A program made the translations under genes and the position numbers. Source: Rhodothermales bacterium (lineage in GTDB: Bacteria; Bacteroidota; Rhodothermia; Rhodothermales; Bin80). Taken from it: 64,000 nucleotides of DNA. The stretch covers positions 4,164,265 through 4,228,264 of the forward strand of contig OZ253559.1 of the NCBI GenBank assembly GCA_965262785.1. The letters are read 5' to 3'. Under the pieces are notes generated by a model. The model saw only the letters and a list, made by a program, of their open reading frames with translations. It searched no databases and was not told the DNA's origin. Below, one piece after another: positions 9,162 to 18,191 of this stretch (positions are counted from its first letter, which is position 1; every line of letters starts with the position of its first letter).

Positions 9162-9820
9162 CGAAACGTGCGCCGACTCAAGAGGTGTGCCTGCCGCGTG
9201 GGCTCCGGGAGTCGGTAGCGGATTGCGCTGTCTATGGTCAGTCGTACGGCGTCGCCCAGCATTACCCTATGGCCAACGCTCGTATAAACCGGCATTACGC
9301 TACGCCGTGTGCGCACGGCCATGCCGAGCACTTCCTCAGTCATGGCATCTGTGAGCGGCGCAGTGGCACCCTTCTCCAATGGCAACGCGCCATGGACACC
9401 TACGTACGGCCGTTTGGCCACTCCCACGGCCGGCATATCCAACAGTACGCCTAGGTGGCAAGCCAACCCAAAACGGCGCGGATGCACGCGGCCATGGCCG
9501 TCTGTCATAAGGACATCAAACGAAGTACTGAGCCTGTTAAGCGCTCGGAGGATAGGTGGGATCTCCCGAAATGCCAACAGACCCGGCACGTACGGATACT
9601 GGACCCGACCACGGTCCGTGGCCTGGTCCACCACGTTATATTCGGGAGCCTCCAGTACCACCACCGCGGCGAAAGCCAAGCCATTCTTGATGCTGACATC
9701 AACGCCTGCAACCGTGCGGACCGGAAGTTTCAGCGGTATTTCGTGTACGGAAGAAGCCAGCACTTTCTGCAGTGCGGCCGCTTCTTTGGGTTGCAGGTTC
9801 CAAGCGTGACAGAGCGGCAT
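9158..9820 (-). CDS. nfi: endonuclease V
   Basis: Contains VAGVDVS...YPYVPGLLAFREIPPILRAL...DVLMTDGHGRVHPRRFGLACHLGVLLDMPAVGVAK, the Nfi signature. The start is trimmed to the internal ATG (plus-strand CAT at 9818-9820). The 364-aa track ORF would extend through the divergent neighbour. Confidence 0.85.
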   Translation of the reverse strand: MPLCHAWNLQPKEAAALQKVLASSVHEIPLKLPVRTVAGVDVSIKNGLAFAAVVVLEAPEYNVVDQATDRGRVQYPYVPGLLAFREIPPILRALNRLSTSFDVLMTDGHGRVHPRRFGLACHLGVLLDMPAVGVAKRPYVGVHGALPLEKGATAPLTDAMTEEVLGMAVRTRRSVMPVYTSVGHRVMLGDAVRLTIDSAIRYRLPEPTRQAHLLSRRTFR

Positions 9821-9850
9821 CTTATTCCTGGCTGATGCGTAGATAGCCTT

Positions 9851-10483
9851 GTGAAAAGGAACGTAGCAGTTTTTGTCCTCTTCTGCTTTGCGCTGCCTGC
9901 GCTTGGGCAGCCGTCGCCTGGCAAGGCCGTAGCACTCAGCGTGTTGCTGCCAGGCTTGGGGCATCGGTATGTCAACGATGGCAGCTGGCGTGGCACGGCG
10001 AGCTACCTGGCACTGGTCGAAGCCAGCTTTTGGCTCGGTGTGGTAAGCAGCCAGTGGCAGCGTCAGCAGACGATCCAGAGCTATCGCACCTATGCTGTTA
10101 CCCATGCCGGTGCACAACTGGATGGCAAGGACCGCCGTTTCCTGGTTACGCTTGGCACGTACGTGTCTTCGGACGCGTACCGTGAAGACCACCTGCGCCA
10201 ACGGCGATGGGATCAGGTCGGATATGTGAATGATCCGGCCTTCCAATGGCACTGGCGCTCTGAAGCAGACATGCTGACTTATCGCAACCTGCGCGGCGCA
10301 GCCGATACGTGGGCCCAGCGTAGAGCCGTCTTCATTGCGACGTTAGCGGCCAACAGGGTTTTAGCTGCACTCAGCGCTCTTCGCAGCGCCCGCCGGTACC
10401 ATAATAGTACCTTAACTGAGGTTTCACTAAGGTTGACGGGCCATAGCCAAATGCCGGTCGTTCAAGTGGCTTTGCGGCTCTAG
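9851..10483 (+). CDS. hypothetical membrane protein (DUF5683-like by recollection)
   Basis: 210 aa starting at GTG. It has a signal/TM segment and the motif SVLLPGLGHRYVNDGSWRG followed by hydrophobic helices. The family assignment is tentative. Confidence 0.45.
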   Translation: MKRNVAVFVLFCFALPALGQPSPGKAVALSVLLPGLGHRYVNDGSWRGTASYLALVEASFWLGVVSSQWQRQQTIQSYRTYAVTHAGAQLDGKDRRFLVTLGTYVSSDAYREDHLRQRRWDQVGYVNDPAFQWHWRSEADMLTYRNLRGAADTWAQRRAVFIATLAANRVLAALSALRSARRYHNSTLTEVSLRLTGHSQMPVVQVALRL

Positions 10484-10525
10484 CTTACATCTTTTCAGGT
10501 TGTGAGTCGTATTCTTATGGCGTGA

Positions 10526-10599
10526 GGGTCCTTAGCTCAGTTGGTTAGAGCGCTACGTTGACATCGTAGAGGTCGATGGTTCGAATCCATTAGGACCCA
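10526..10599 (+). tRNA. tRNA-Val (anticodon GAC)
   Basis: Hand-folded cloverleaf. The acceptor stem is GGGTCCT/AGGACCC, the anticodon stem is CTACG/CGTAG with loop TTGACAT, and the T-loop is TTCGAAT. The discriminator is A and CCA is not encoded. Confidence 0.9.
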
Positions 10600-10690
10600 C
10601 GGTAAGCGTGCAAGCTGCTACAAAGACTGATGTACCGAAAATCGTCGCGGGCAAAAGCCTCGTGCTGTTGAACTAATTAGGAGAGACGCT

Positions 10691-11209
10691 ATCGCAAGAC
10701 AAGTAAGAACGCGGGTCAACAATGATATCCGTGCCGAACGGGTGAGAGTGGTCGATCCCAAGGGCCAGCACGGCATCTATAGGATTGAAGACGCGCTTGA
10801 CATGGCCCGCAACCAGAACTTGGACCTGGTAGAGATCGCGCCGAACGCCGATCCGCCCGTCTGCAAGATCATGGACTTCGGCAAATACCGCTACGAACAA
10901 AAAAAGAGGGATAAGGAGTCGAGGAAGCGCCAGCAGGGAGCGCAATTGAAAGAGGTGCGCTTTCGGCCACGAACAGACACACACGACTTCGAATTCAAGG
11001 CGAAGCACGCCCGCGAGTTTCTTTCCGACGGAAACAAGGTGCGTGCGTATGTGCAGTTCCGTGGACGCGACATCATCTACAAGGACCAGGGGATGAAGGT
11101 CCTGGTGCGCTTGGTAGCGGCCTTGGAGGATGTAGCCAAGGTTGACCAAGCCGCCCGTATGGAAGGGCGTCGCATGACCACCATCCTAACACCCCGCAAG
11201 TCGAAGTAG
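10691..11209 (+). CDS. infC: translation initiation factor IF-3 (non-canonical start codon)
   Basis: DLVEIAPNADPPVCKIMDFGKYRYEQKK... is canonical IF-3. The conserved RVNNDIRAERVRV segment lies upstream of the first canonical start (GTG 10742). The frame is open from 10631 but contains no ATG, GTG or TTG. Candidate starts are ATC 10691, preceded by AGGAGA at 10679-10684, or ATT 10676. Confidence 0.85.
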   Translation: MARQVRTRVNNDIRAERVRVVDPKGQHGIYRIEDALDMARNQNLDLVEIAPNADPPVCKIMDFGKYRYEQKKRDKESRKRQQGAQLKEVRFRPRTDTHDFEFKAKHAREFLSDGNKVRAYVQFRGRDIIYKDQGMKVLVRLVAALEDVAKVDQAARMEGRRMTTILTPRKSK

Positions 11210-11318
11210 GTTCTAGAGATCATGTGCAATTCGCGCCTTGGCCCCAAACCTGCAATTGGCGGGAACCCAAGGATGCAGCTTGGGTTATATTGGGCTGAAC
11301 CTGCAACGAAGTAGGCCC

Positions 11319-11513
11319 ATGCCCAAGATGAAGACTAATAGTGGTGCCAAGAAGCGATTTCAGCAGACCGCATCGGGTCGCCTCAAGCGTGCGAAAGCCT
11401 TCAAGAGTCATATCTTGACCAAGAAGAGTAGCAAGCGTAAGCGGGCTCTCGGCAAAAAGACACTCGTTGACCCGCGTGACGAGGCAAGGATCAAACGACT
11501 TCTTGGCTGCTAA
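11319..11513 (+). CDS. rpmI: 50S ribosomal protein L35
   Basis: [42 protein letters not shown]. The start is trimmed to the internal ATG at 11319. Confidence 0.9.
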   Translation: MPKMKTNSGAKKRFQQTASGRLKRAKAFKSHILTKKSSKRKRALGKKTLVDPRDEARIKRLLGC

Positions 11514-11528
11514 CATATTGACAGTATA

Positions 11529-11882
11529 ATGCCACGTGCACGAAACACGGCCTCCTCGCGCCGCCGGCGCAAACGCGTCCTCAACATGGCCAAAGGCTAT
11601 TGGGGCGGCCGCAGCAAGATTTACACCGTCGCTAAGCATGCAGTCGATAAGGGATTACAATACGCGTATCGGGATCGGCGCAAGCGTAAGCAGCAGTTTC
11701 GGCGCCTCTGGATCGTTCGTATCAACGCAGCGGCTCGCCTCAATGGAACTACCTATTCGCGTCTGATGGGTGCGCTGCGTAAATCCGGAATTGAGCTTGA
11801 CCGCAAGGTCTTGGCAGACCTCGCGATGCATGATCCGCTGGCTTTCACCCGCGTCGTGCAGGCCTCTAAGTCAGAGGTGTGA
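11529..11882 (+). CDS. rplT: 50S ribosomal protein L20
   Basis: [68 protein letters not shown] is canonical L20. Confidence 0.95.
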   Translation: MPRARNTASSRRRRKRVLNMAKGYWGGRSKIYTVAKHAVDKGLQYAYRDRRKRKQQFRRLWIVRINAAARLNGTTYSRLMGALRKSGIELDRKVLADLAMHDPLAFTRVVQASKSEV

Positions 11883-11960
11883 CGCTTTCGAGATTGCAAT
11901 CCGCAAGTGCCGTCTCTCTATAGGGGGCTCTGTGCTGCGCCGGACTTGTTCGGCCACGTT

Positions 11961-11997
11961 CCCGCCCTTGGCCAGCAGGCTTGGCGGGATTTTGTTG
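11961..11997 (+). terminator. candidate intrinsic terminator after rplT
   Basis: cccgcc (11961-11966) pairs with ggcggg (11983-11988). An inner 4-bp stem (11970-11973 with 11978-11981) closes an agca tetraloop. The hairpin is followed by ATTTTGTTG. It contains an internal loop, so support is only moderate. Confidence 0.4.
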
Positions 11998-12007
11998 CGC
12001 TGGTGTG

Positions 12008-13039
12008 ATGGAAGAACGGGCGATTGCACAGGCGTTACTTGACGAAGCCGAAAAGCTTCGCCAGGATATTGAGCGCGCCAGCTTGGGTACCGCGGCGGAG
12101 GCGGAAGCCTTCCGGATCCGCTATCTGGGACAGCGAAACGGGCTGATCACGCATCTTCTTAAGCGGATTCCTGAGCTCCCGCGCAGCGCCCGCCGTTCTG
12201 CCGGCATAGCGCTGAATGGCCTGCGCCAGCATGCTCAGGAGCGCTTGCGTCAGAACATTCGTGCTGGAGATGCAAAAGTTAGCGTCGGACCCCCGAGGAT
12301 TGACCTGACCCTTCCTGGCAGGCGCCAGCGCGTGGCCGGGTCCATACATCCGCTTACGCACGCACTGCGCTCCATTACTGACATCTTCGAACGCATAGGA
12401 TTCAGCATCTCGGAAGGACCGGAAATAGAAGACGACTGGCACAACTTCACCGCACTGAATTTCGCGGTTGATCACCCGGCACGCGACATGCAGGACACAC
12501 TCTTCTTGCAGGCGTCCGAGGGCGGCGAAGGCGGCGTTATGCTGCGCACTCACACCTCACCTGTACAGATCCGCGCCATGGTCGCGGGGAAGCCACCGTT
12601 CCGGCTGATCGCTCCGGGCCGCGTCTACCGCAACGAAACCATCACCTACAAGTCGTACTGCCTCTTCCACCAGGTGGAAGGACTGGTGGTGGACGAAGGC
12701 ATTACGATGGCGGACCTAAAACATGTCCTTTACACATTCGCAAGTGCCTTCTTTGGTGCAAATGTAAAGGTGCGCTTTCGCCCCAGCTTCTTCCCGTTCA
12801 CCGAGCCCAGTGCCGAATTGGATGTTTGGTGGGACCTTCCCGGGGGCGGGCGCTGGATGGAAATCTTGGGCTCGGGAATGGTTCACCCAAATGTACTGGA
12901 AGCCGTGGGCATCGACTCGGAACGGTATACAGGCTACGCCTTTGGAATGGGCGTAGAGCGCCCGGCTATGCTGCTATACGGCATTGAGGACATCCGTATC
13001 CTGTACGAAAATGATATCCGTTTCCTGTCGCAGTTTTGA
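12008..13039 (+). CDS. pheS: phenylalanine--tRNA ligase alpha subunit
   Basis: Contains [19 protein letters not shown]..., [31 protein letters not shown] and [17 protein letters not shown], the class II motifs. The start is set at ATG 12008. Confidence 0.9.
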   Translation: MEERAIAQALLDEAEKLRQDIERASLGTAAEAEAFRIRYLGQRNGLITHLLKRIPELPRSARRSAGIALNGLRQHAQERLRQNIRAGDAKVSVGPPRIDLTLPGRRQRVAGSIHPLTHALRSITDIFERIGFSISEGPEIEDDWHNFTALNFAVDHPARDMQDTLFLQASEGGEGGVMLRTHTSPVQIRAMVAGKPPFRLIAPGRVYRNETITYKSYCLFHQVEGLVVDEGITMADLKHVLYTFASAFFGANVKVRFRPSFFPFTEPSAELDVWWDLPGGGRWMEILGSGMVHPNVLEAVGIDSERYTGYAFGMGVERPAMLLYGIEDIRILYENDIRFLSQF

Positions 13040-13062
13040 TGGGCTCTACGCATACATGACGT

Positions 13063-15540
13063 ATGAAGATCTCGTGCGACTGGCTTAGTGACTACGTCGA
13101 TCATCCGCTGGCGCCGCGCGACCTCGCCCACGCGTTGACGATGTGCGGGTTGGAGGTGGAAGACGAATTCATCCATGGCATCGCCACGGAGGGCATCGTT
13201 GTAGGCCGTGTCCTTGAAGTATCGCTACACCCCAAAGCCGACCACCTCACGCTTTGCCAGGTTGACGTAGGCCGCGAGTCACCGATTCAGATCATCTGCG
13301 GCGCGCCGAACGTGGCTGCCAATCAAATGGTTGCCGTGGCAACCATTGGGACCACACTGCAGCTGCCGGGCAAGACGAAGCCGCTGAAAATAAGAAGGTC
13401 GAAGATGCGGGGCGAGACTTCCATGGGTATGATTTGCGCGGAAGATGAACTCGGGGTTTCCGAAGACCACAGTGGAATTATGGTCCTCACTCAGGACGCA
13501 GCTCCGGGTGAATCCTTTCTTACGTACCTCACCCGAGTAGGTGTCGCGGCACAGGACACGGTCTTGGATATTACCATTACACCCAACCGCCCGGATGCCA
13601 CTTGCCACATGGGCGTTGCGCGGGACATAAGTGCACTCTGCGACTTACCGCTCCGGCGGCCCGAACTGAGTGTGCCAAAAGAGGGCGGAGAGGCTGCGCG
13701 CCACATCGCCGTTACCATCGAGTGTCCACACAGTTGTCGACGTTATGTAGCGATGCTGGTACGCGGCGTGACGATTGTGGACTCGCCACTCTGGCTCCAG
13801 CGACGCCTGCGAGCCATTGGGCTACGCCCCATTAACAACGTGGTGGACATAACCAACTTCGTCATGCACGAGTGTGGGCAACCATTGCACGCATTCGACT
13901 ATGATGAGATTGCGGGCAATTCCATCGTTGTGCGCGCGTCCACAGCAGGTGAATCAATCACTACGCTCGATGGCAAGAAGCGTGCCCTGCCCCCCGGTAC
14001 GGTTCTCATCTGCGATCAGCAACGCCCCGTAGCCGTAGGCGGCATCATGGGCAGCGAAAACTCTGAGGTTGACAGCAAAACAGTAAATGTTCTTATCGAA
14101 AGCGCATACTTTGACCCCTCGGCCACGCGTCGGTCCGCCCGTGCGCTTGGCTTGGGCACCGACGCCTCTTATCGGTTTGAGCGCGGCGTTGATTCGGACG
14201 GGCAGGCTTGGGCTGCTGCACGCGCGGCCGCGCTGATTGCCGACCTGGCAGGCGGTGCCGCCGTGGAAGGCAGAGTCGATGCCCACCCGAATCCACTAAC
14301 GATGCCGATCCTTGCGCTGCGTCGCGCCCGCATTGCCAGGATTCTTGGGACTGAGGTTGCAGCACCGGAAGTGGAAAGGATCCTTAGCGCGCTCAGCTTT
14401 GAAGTCTCCGAGACTGGACCGGACACTTGGCTGTGCCGCGTACCGCCCCACCGTCCGGATGTGTCGCAGGAAGTCGACCTCATCGAGGAGGTCGCACGCA
14501 TCCATGGGCTTGACAATATTCCCATTCTTCACGGTACACAGCTTCCCGGTTCAGCTCCGCACGCGCGTCCGGAAGAGCTGCTGCGCACCGAGGTTTACGG
14601 CCTGCTTGGCGGTAGAGGCTACAGGGAGATCTATACCAACAGCCTGCTCCCCAAATCCGAAGCAGAGCAGTTTTGCGACCCCGTTCTGGCATCACGAGGT
14701 CCCGTAGTTGAGACACTAAATGCCGTGTCACAGTCGATGGCGACGCTTAGACCCAGCCTTTTGCCCGGGGTTCTGCGAGTCATGCAGCACAACCAGAATC
14801 ATGGTCAGGAGGTCTTGCGCTTCTACGAGTTTGGGCATGTCTTCCATCGCGTTCACGAACAGGCCTCCTTTATACCCGGGTATTCGGAATACGGCGCGCT
14901 GATCCTGGCGATAAGCGGCCCGCTCGGCCCTGCAGAGTGGGGAGAAACGGCGCGTGTAGCCGACTTCTTTGACCTGAAAGGCGACGTCGAAACGCTCTTG
15001 GAAGTGTTGCGGGTCCCGAATGTCACAACGGAGCCGTCCTACGAGTCCACGCCACTGATGCAGTACCATGTCACCATTTTTTCCGACGGCACTGAGATAG
15101 GTCGTATGGGGCGCTTGGAGGATGAGGTTAGCTCCGCTCGTGACATCAAGTCACCAGTATTCTTTTCCGAATTCAATTGGACGCGACTGGTGCTGCATGC
15201 CAAGAATCATGTCACACGGCGCTACCGACCGATTAACCGATACCCAGTCGTCACGCGCGACATTTCCTTGACGGTGGATCGCACGGTGCCTGCGAGCGAG
15301 ATGGTTACAACCATCCAAGTGGCTGGGCAGCCGCTCTTACGGGACGCAACCGTGTTTGATCTATACGCGGATAAGGAGGTCGGCCATGCCAAGCAAAGCA
15401 TCGCCTTCACGTTACGCTTTGACGCGCAACGCACCTTACGTGACGGCGAGGTAGAGAAGGCCGTGCGCGCTATCGTGCAGGCGCTGTACGTCGAACACGG
15501 CGCACAGTTACGTGGACCAGCGGCGTCCCACGGAGCGTAG
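13063..15540 (+). CDS. pheT: phenylalanine--tRNA ligase beta subunit
   Basis: 825 aa. MKISCDWLSDYV... followed by tRNA-binding, B3/4 and B5 regions and the FDLY...K..AF.L.F C-terminal domain. Confidence 0.95.
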   Translation: MKISCDWLSDYVDHPLAPRDLAHALTMCGLEVEDEFIHGIATEGIVVGRVLEVSLHPKADHLTLCQVDVGRESPIQIICGAPNVAANQMVAVATIGTTLQLPGKTKPLKIRRSKMRGETSMGMICAEDELGVSEDHSGIMVLTQDAAPGESFLTYLTRVGVAAQDTVLDITITPNRPDATCHMGVARDISALCDLPLRRPELSVPKEGGEAARHIAVTIECPHSCRRYVAMLVRGVTIVDSPLWLQRRLRAIGLRPINNVVDITNFVMHECGQPLHAFDYDEIAGNSIVVRASTAGESITTLDGKKRALPPGTVLICDQQRPVAVGGIMGSENSEVDSKTVNVLIESAYFDPSATRRSARALGLGTDASYRFERGVDSDGQAWAAARAAALIADLAGGAAVEGRVDAHPNPLTMPILALRRARIARILGTEVAAPEVERILSALSFEVSETGPDTWLCRVPPHRPDVSQEVDLIEEVARIHGLDNIPILHGTQLPGSAPHARPEELLRTEVYGLLGGRGYREIYTNSLLPKSEAEQFCDPVLASRGPVVETLNAVSQSMATLRPSLLPGVLRVMQHNQNHGQEVLRFYEFGHVFHRVHEQASFIPGYSEYGALILAISGPLGPAEWGETARVADFFDLKGDVETLLEVLRVPNVTTEPSYESTPLMQYHVTIFSDGTEIGRMGRLEDEVSSARDIKSPVFFSEFNWTRLVLHAKNHVTRRYRPINRYPVVTRDISLTVDRTVPASEMVTTIQVAGQPLLRDATVFDLYADKEVGHAKQSIAFTLRFDAQRTLRDGEVEKAVRAIVQALYVEHGAQLRGPAASHGA

Positions 15541-15595
15541 AATATGATGCAGTAAAGCGTTAGTTTTCGCCCATTCGAAACCGTGGAAAATAAGT

Positions 15596-15907
15596 ATGAC
15601 CGAGCAATCCACCTCAAATATGGCGCCGAAGGTTGACGAAGACGGTATGCCTTCGTTCTCATCGCTTCAAAGTGCTGAATCGCTTCACAATCTGCGAGAC
15701 TTGGTGAAACAGGCTTCCAAAGAGCTGCGCCGCCTCAAGAATGAGAACGCAGCATTGGCCGCACGCATCCAGGAGTTGGAGGACGGCCCCAAGGTCGACT
15801 CCGACGCAGCAATGCTTGTGTTCGATGAGGAGCCCGAGCAGCTGCGAACTTCAGTAAAAGGCTTTATCCAGGCCATCGACAGTTACTTGGCTGAGGACGA
15901 GGAGTAG
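15596..15907 (+). CDS. acidic coiled-coil protein (ZapB-like) immediately upstream of zapA
   Basis: 103 aa with a heptad-like segment LRDLVKQASKELRRLKNENAALAARIQELE. Its stop is 1 nt before the zapA start. The functional label is inferred from position only. Confidence 0.45.
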   Translation: MTEQSTSNMAPKVDEDGMPSFSSLQSAESLHNLRDLVKQASKELRRLKNENAALAARIQELEDGPKVDSDAAMLVFDEEPEQLRTSVKGFIQAIDSYLAEDEE

Positions 15908-15908
15908 C

Positions 15909-16193
15909 ATGCAGAAATCTATCCGTGTCCGGATCCTCGGCAAGGAATACCCGCTCCGTGTTGAAGAGGAGGACGAAGATTCTATGCGCGAGGTGGCCGA
16001 TACCGTTGACATGCGCATGCAGGATTTTAAGGCCGAGCACCCGGATCAGCCAGACCTCGTCGCCGCAGTGGTCTCTGCACTCGCCTTGGCCGAGGAAATC
16101 TTGGCCATGCGGGAAACTTCAAGCACCGTACTGCAAGCTATACACCGCGAAATGCTCCTTATGGAAAAAGAACTTGTAGACGCCATGTCGTAA
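15909..16193 (+). CDS. zapA: cell division protein ZapA
   Basis: 94 aa. IRVRILGKEYPLRVEEEDEDSMREVADTVDMRMQDF...LVAAVVSALALAEE matches the ZapA pattern. Confidence 0.8.
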   Translation: MQKSIRVRILGKEYPLRVEEEDEDSMREVADTVDMRMQDFKAEHPDQPDLVAAVVSALALAEEILAMRETSSTVLQAIHREMLLMEKELVDAMS

Positions 16194-16238
16194 CACGGAA
16201 CCGCAGTTGACCCTGCGGGGTATTTTGCGTGTGCGGCT

Positions 16239-16433
16239 GCTTGGCGTCCGCAGTGGTCTTGGCTTTGTTGAACCGACAATGGTCTTAAAGGAAGCTGCTC
16301 TTCGGATCTGGACATCAGACCTCAGCCCTTGCAGGGGTCTCTGCTACGCGGAGCCGAGGAAGGCGGAAGGGTTTGGGGCAGTGCCAATCTTGTAACCCAG
16401 GGTTCTTATTACCCGCCACTGCGGATGCGAGGC
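16239..16433 (+). ncRNA. candidate structured RNA (6S-like RNA or rny 5' leader element)
   Basis: 16239-16256 pairs with 16416-16433 across 18 positions: 15 Watson-Crick pairs, 2 G-U pairs and 1 mismatch. The helix encloses about 160 nt. No convincing ORF is present. The strand is assumed from the flanking genes. See findings. Confidence 0.3.
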
Positions 16434-16488
16434 ATGTCGCCTCATCGCCCGAAGGGTGACTGCATGAGGACACTAAACGAGGAAGGTC

Positions 16489-18180
16489 TTGGACGGTACA
16501 CTACTTACCGTCCTGCTGTTGGCAATAGCATTTGGTTTGGGCATTGCAGTGCAGCGGTGGCTCCTGAAACGGGTCACAGTCTCACGCATCAAAAAAGCCG
16601 AACAGGAAATACAGCGCCTCTTGTCCGGCGCCAGAGAAGAGGCTTACCAGTACCGCGAAGAATATGTCAAAGAAGTCAAGGCGGCCCTTGCCGAAGAGCG
16701 TAGCGCGTTCGAAGACGAACGGGAACACGCGCGGCACACGTTGCGCCGCTCCAGACAAAAAGCGGAGCGGCGTGAGCGCAAGATCAACAGCAGGACACAA
16801 CGACTAAACGAGCGCGACGCGCTCGTTCAAAAGGCCGCCGGTGCACTGAAGGCGCTGCAACGCGAGGCCGAGAAAACACACCGCCATGCGGAGCGTCTTC
16901 GTGCCCGTGCCGATACGCTCCTGTCCGCCACTACTGTGCGGAGCAAGGCTCTGAAGGATAAGGAAGCCGCTTTGTCCACGCGCGAAGAGGCAATTGCCTC
17001 CAGGAGTGGCGAGTTGGATGAAGTCATCGAGCAACAGACCAGGCGCCTCGAAGAAATCAGCGGACTGTCTGCCGAAGATGCACGCGGGGAGCTCAAGCAA
17101 CAGCTTATAGAAAGCGCGAAGCGCCAGGCCGCGACGCACATCCAAAAGGTCCAGGAAGAGGCCAAGCGCACGGCCCGGCATAGCGCGCGCAAGGTCGTCT
17201 TGACCGCCATCCAGCGCACTGCGGCCAGCCTGTCGATGGAAACCACCGCAAGTGTGGTATACCTCGACTCAGACGACCACAAAGGCCGCATAATCGGGCG
17301 CGAAGGACGAAACATACGGGCATTTGAATCGGCCACCGGTACCGAGGTCATTGTAGACGATACACCGAGTGCTGTGGTACTCTCGTGTTTTGACCCCGTC
17401 CGGCGTGAAGTCGCCCGGCGTGCACTCCAGTCCCTTGTAAGTGACGGACGCATTCATCCGGCTAGCATAGAACGGACCGTCAAGGCGGCAGCGACGTCCT
17501 TGGAAGAAGAGCTCACTGAGATCGGGGAGCGTGCCGTGATCGACCTGAACATTCACGGCCTCCATTCAGAGCTGGTCCGGCTGATAGGTCGGATGCGCTT
17601 CCGGACAAGCTATGGTCAGAACCTGTTGGCCCACTCCGTGGAAACGGCTCGCATCGCCTCTCTCATTGCTGTAGAGATCGGGCTTGATCCGACGCTCGCA
17701 CGCCGTGCGGGTCTCTTGCACGACATCGGCAAAGTAGTCACCGAAGCTTCGGACCGACCCCATGCTCTGGTGGGCATGGAGTTGTGCAAGCGATATCGCG
17801 AAGACCCCACCGTATGCAACGCCGTAGGAGCGCACCATGATGAAATTGAGATGACCGCACTCATCTCTCCCATTGTTCAGGCTGCCGACGCCATAAGCGG
17901 CGCCAGACCTGGCGCGCGCCGCGCTACTGTTGAGGAATATATTAAACGACTTGAGCAGCTGGAAAGACTCGCGTCGTCCTTCGAAGGTGTGGAACGCGTA
18001 TTTGCCTTCCAGGCTGGCAGGGAGATTCGGGTTCTGGTGGATCAAAATCGCATCTCCGACGAGCAGGCCAACGCCCTTTCGACGGACATCTCCAAACGGA
18101 TTGAAGATGAGGTTCGCTACCCCGGCCAAATCAAGGTTACCGTCATCCGGGAAGTGCGTGTCACTGCCTATGCTAGATAG
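16489..18180 (+). CDS. rny: ribonuclease Y
   Basis: 563 aa with a TTG start preceded by GAGGAAGG at 16479-16486. It has an N-terminal TM helix and a long charged coiled coil. The KH region is GRIIGREGRNIRAFE and the HD domain is LLHDIGK...GAHH. Confidence 0.9.
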   Translation: MDGTLLTVLLLAIAFGLGIAVQRWLLKRVTVSRIKKAEQEIQRLLSGAREEAYQYREEYVKEVKAALAEERSAFEDEREHARHTLRRSRQKAERRERKINSRTQRLNERDALVQKAAGALKALQREAEKTHRHAERLRARADTLLSATTVRSKALKDKEAALSTREEAIASRSGELDEVIEQQTRRLEEISGLSAEDARGELKQQLIESAKRQAATHIQKVQEEAKRTARHSARKVVLTAIQRTAASLSMETTASVVYLDSDDHKGRIIGREGRNIRAFESATGTEVIVDDTPSAVVLSCFDPVRREVARRALQSLVSDGRIHPASIERTVKAAATSLEEELTEIGERAVIDLNIHGLHSELVRLIGRMRFRTSYGQNLLAHSVETARIASLIAVEIGLDPTLARRAGLLHDIGKVVTEASDRPHALVGMELCKRYREDPTVCNAVGAHHDEIEMTALISPIVQAADAISGARPGARRATVEEYIKRLEQLERLASSFEGVERVFAFQAGREIRVLVDQNRISDEQANALSTDISKRIEDEVRYPGQIKVTVIREVRVTAYAR

Positions 18181-18191
18181 CCTGTACACCC

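Noticed and set aside
9821-10252. The N-terminal 144-aa extension of the endonuclease V ORF (track ORF 9158-10252).
   Set aside because: The extension has no similarity to Nfi and runs antisense through the divergent gene 9851-10483. The conserved Nfi sequence begins just after the internal ATG at 9820.
11883-12007. A pheST attenuator with a Phe-rich leader peptide, as with E. coli pheM.
   Set aside because: No short ORF enriched in Phe codons is present in the spacer. The hairpin plus T-tract is adequately explained as the rplT operon terminator.
16239-16433. A firm call of this element as 6S RNA (ssrS).
   Set aside because: Only the closing helix, the size and the zapA-adjacent position fit. 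I could not hand-fold the interior into the extended helix with a central bubble that defines 6S RNA. It is therefore kept as a low-confidence candidate only.
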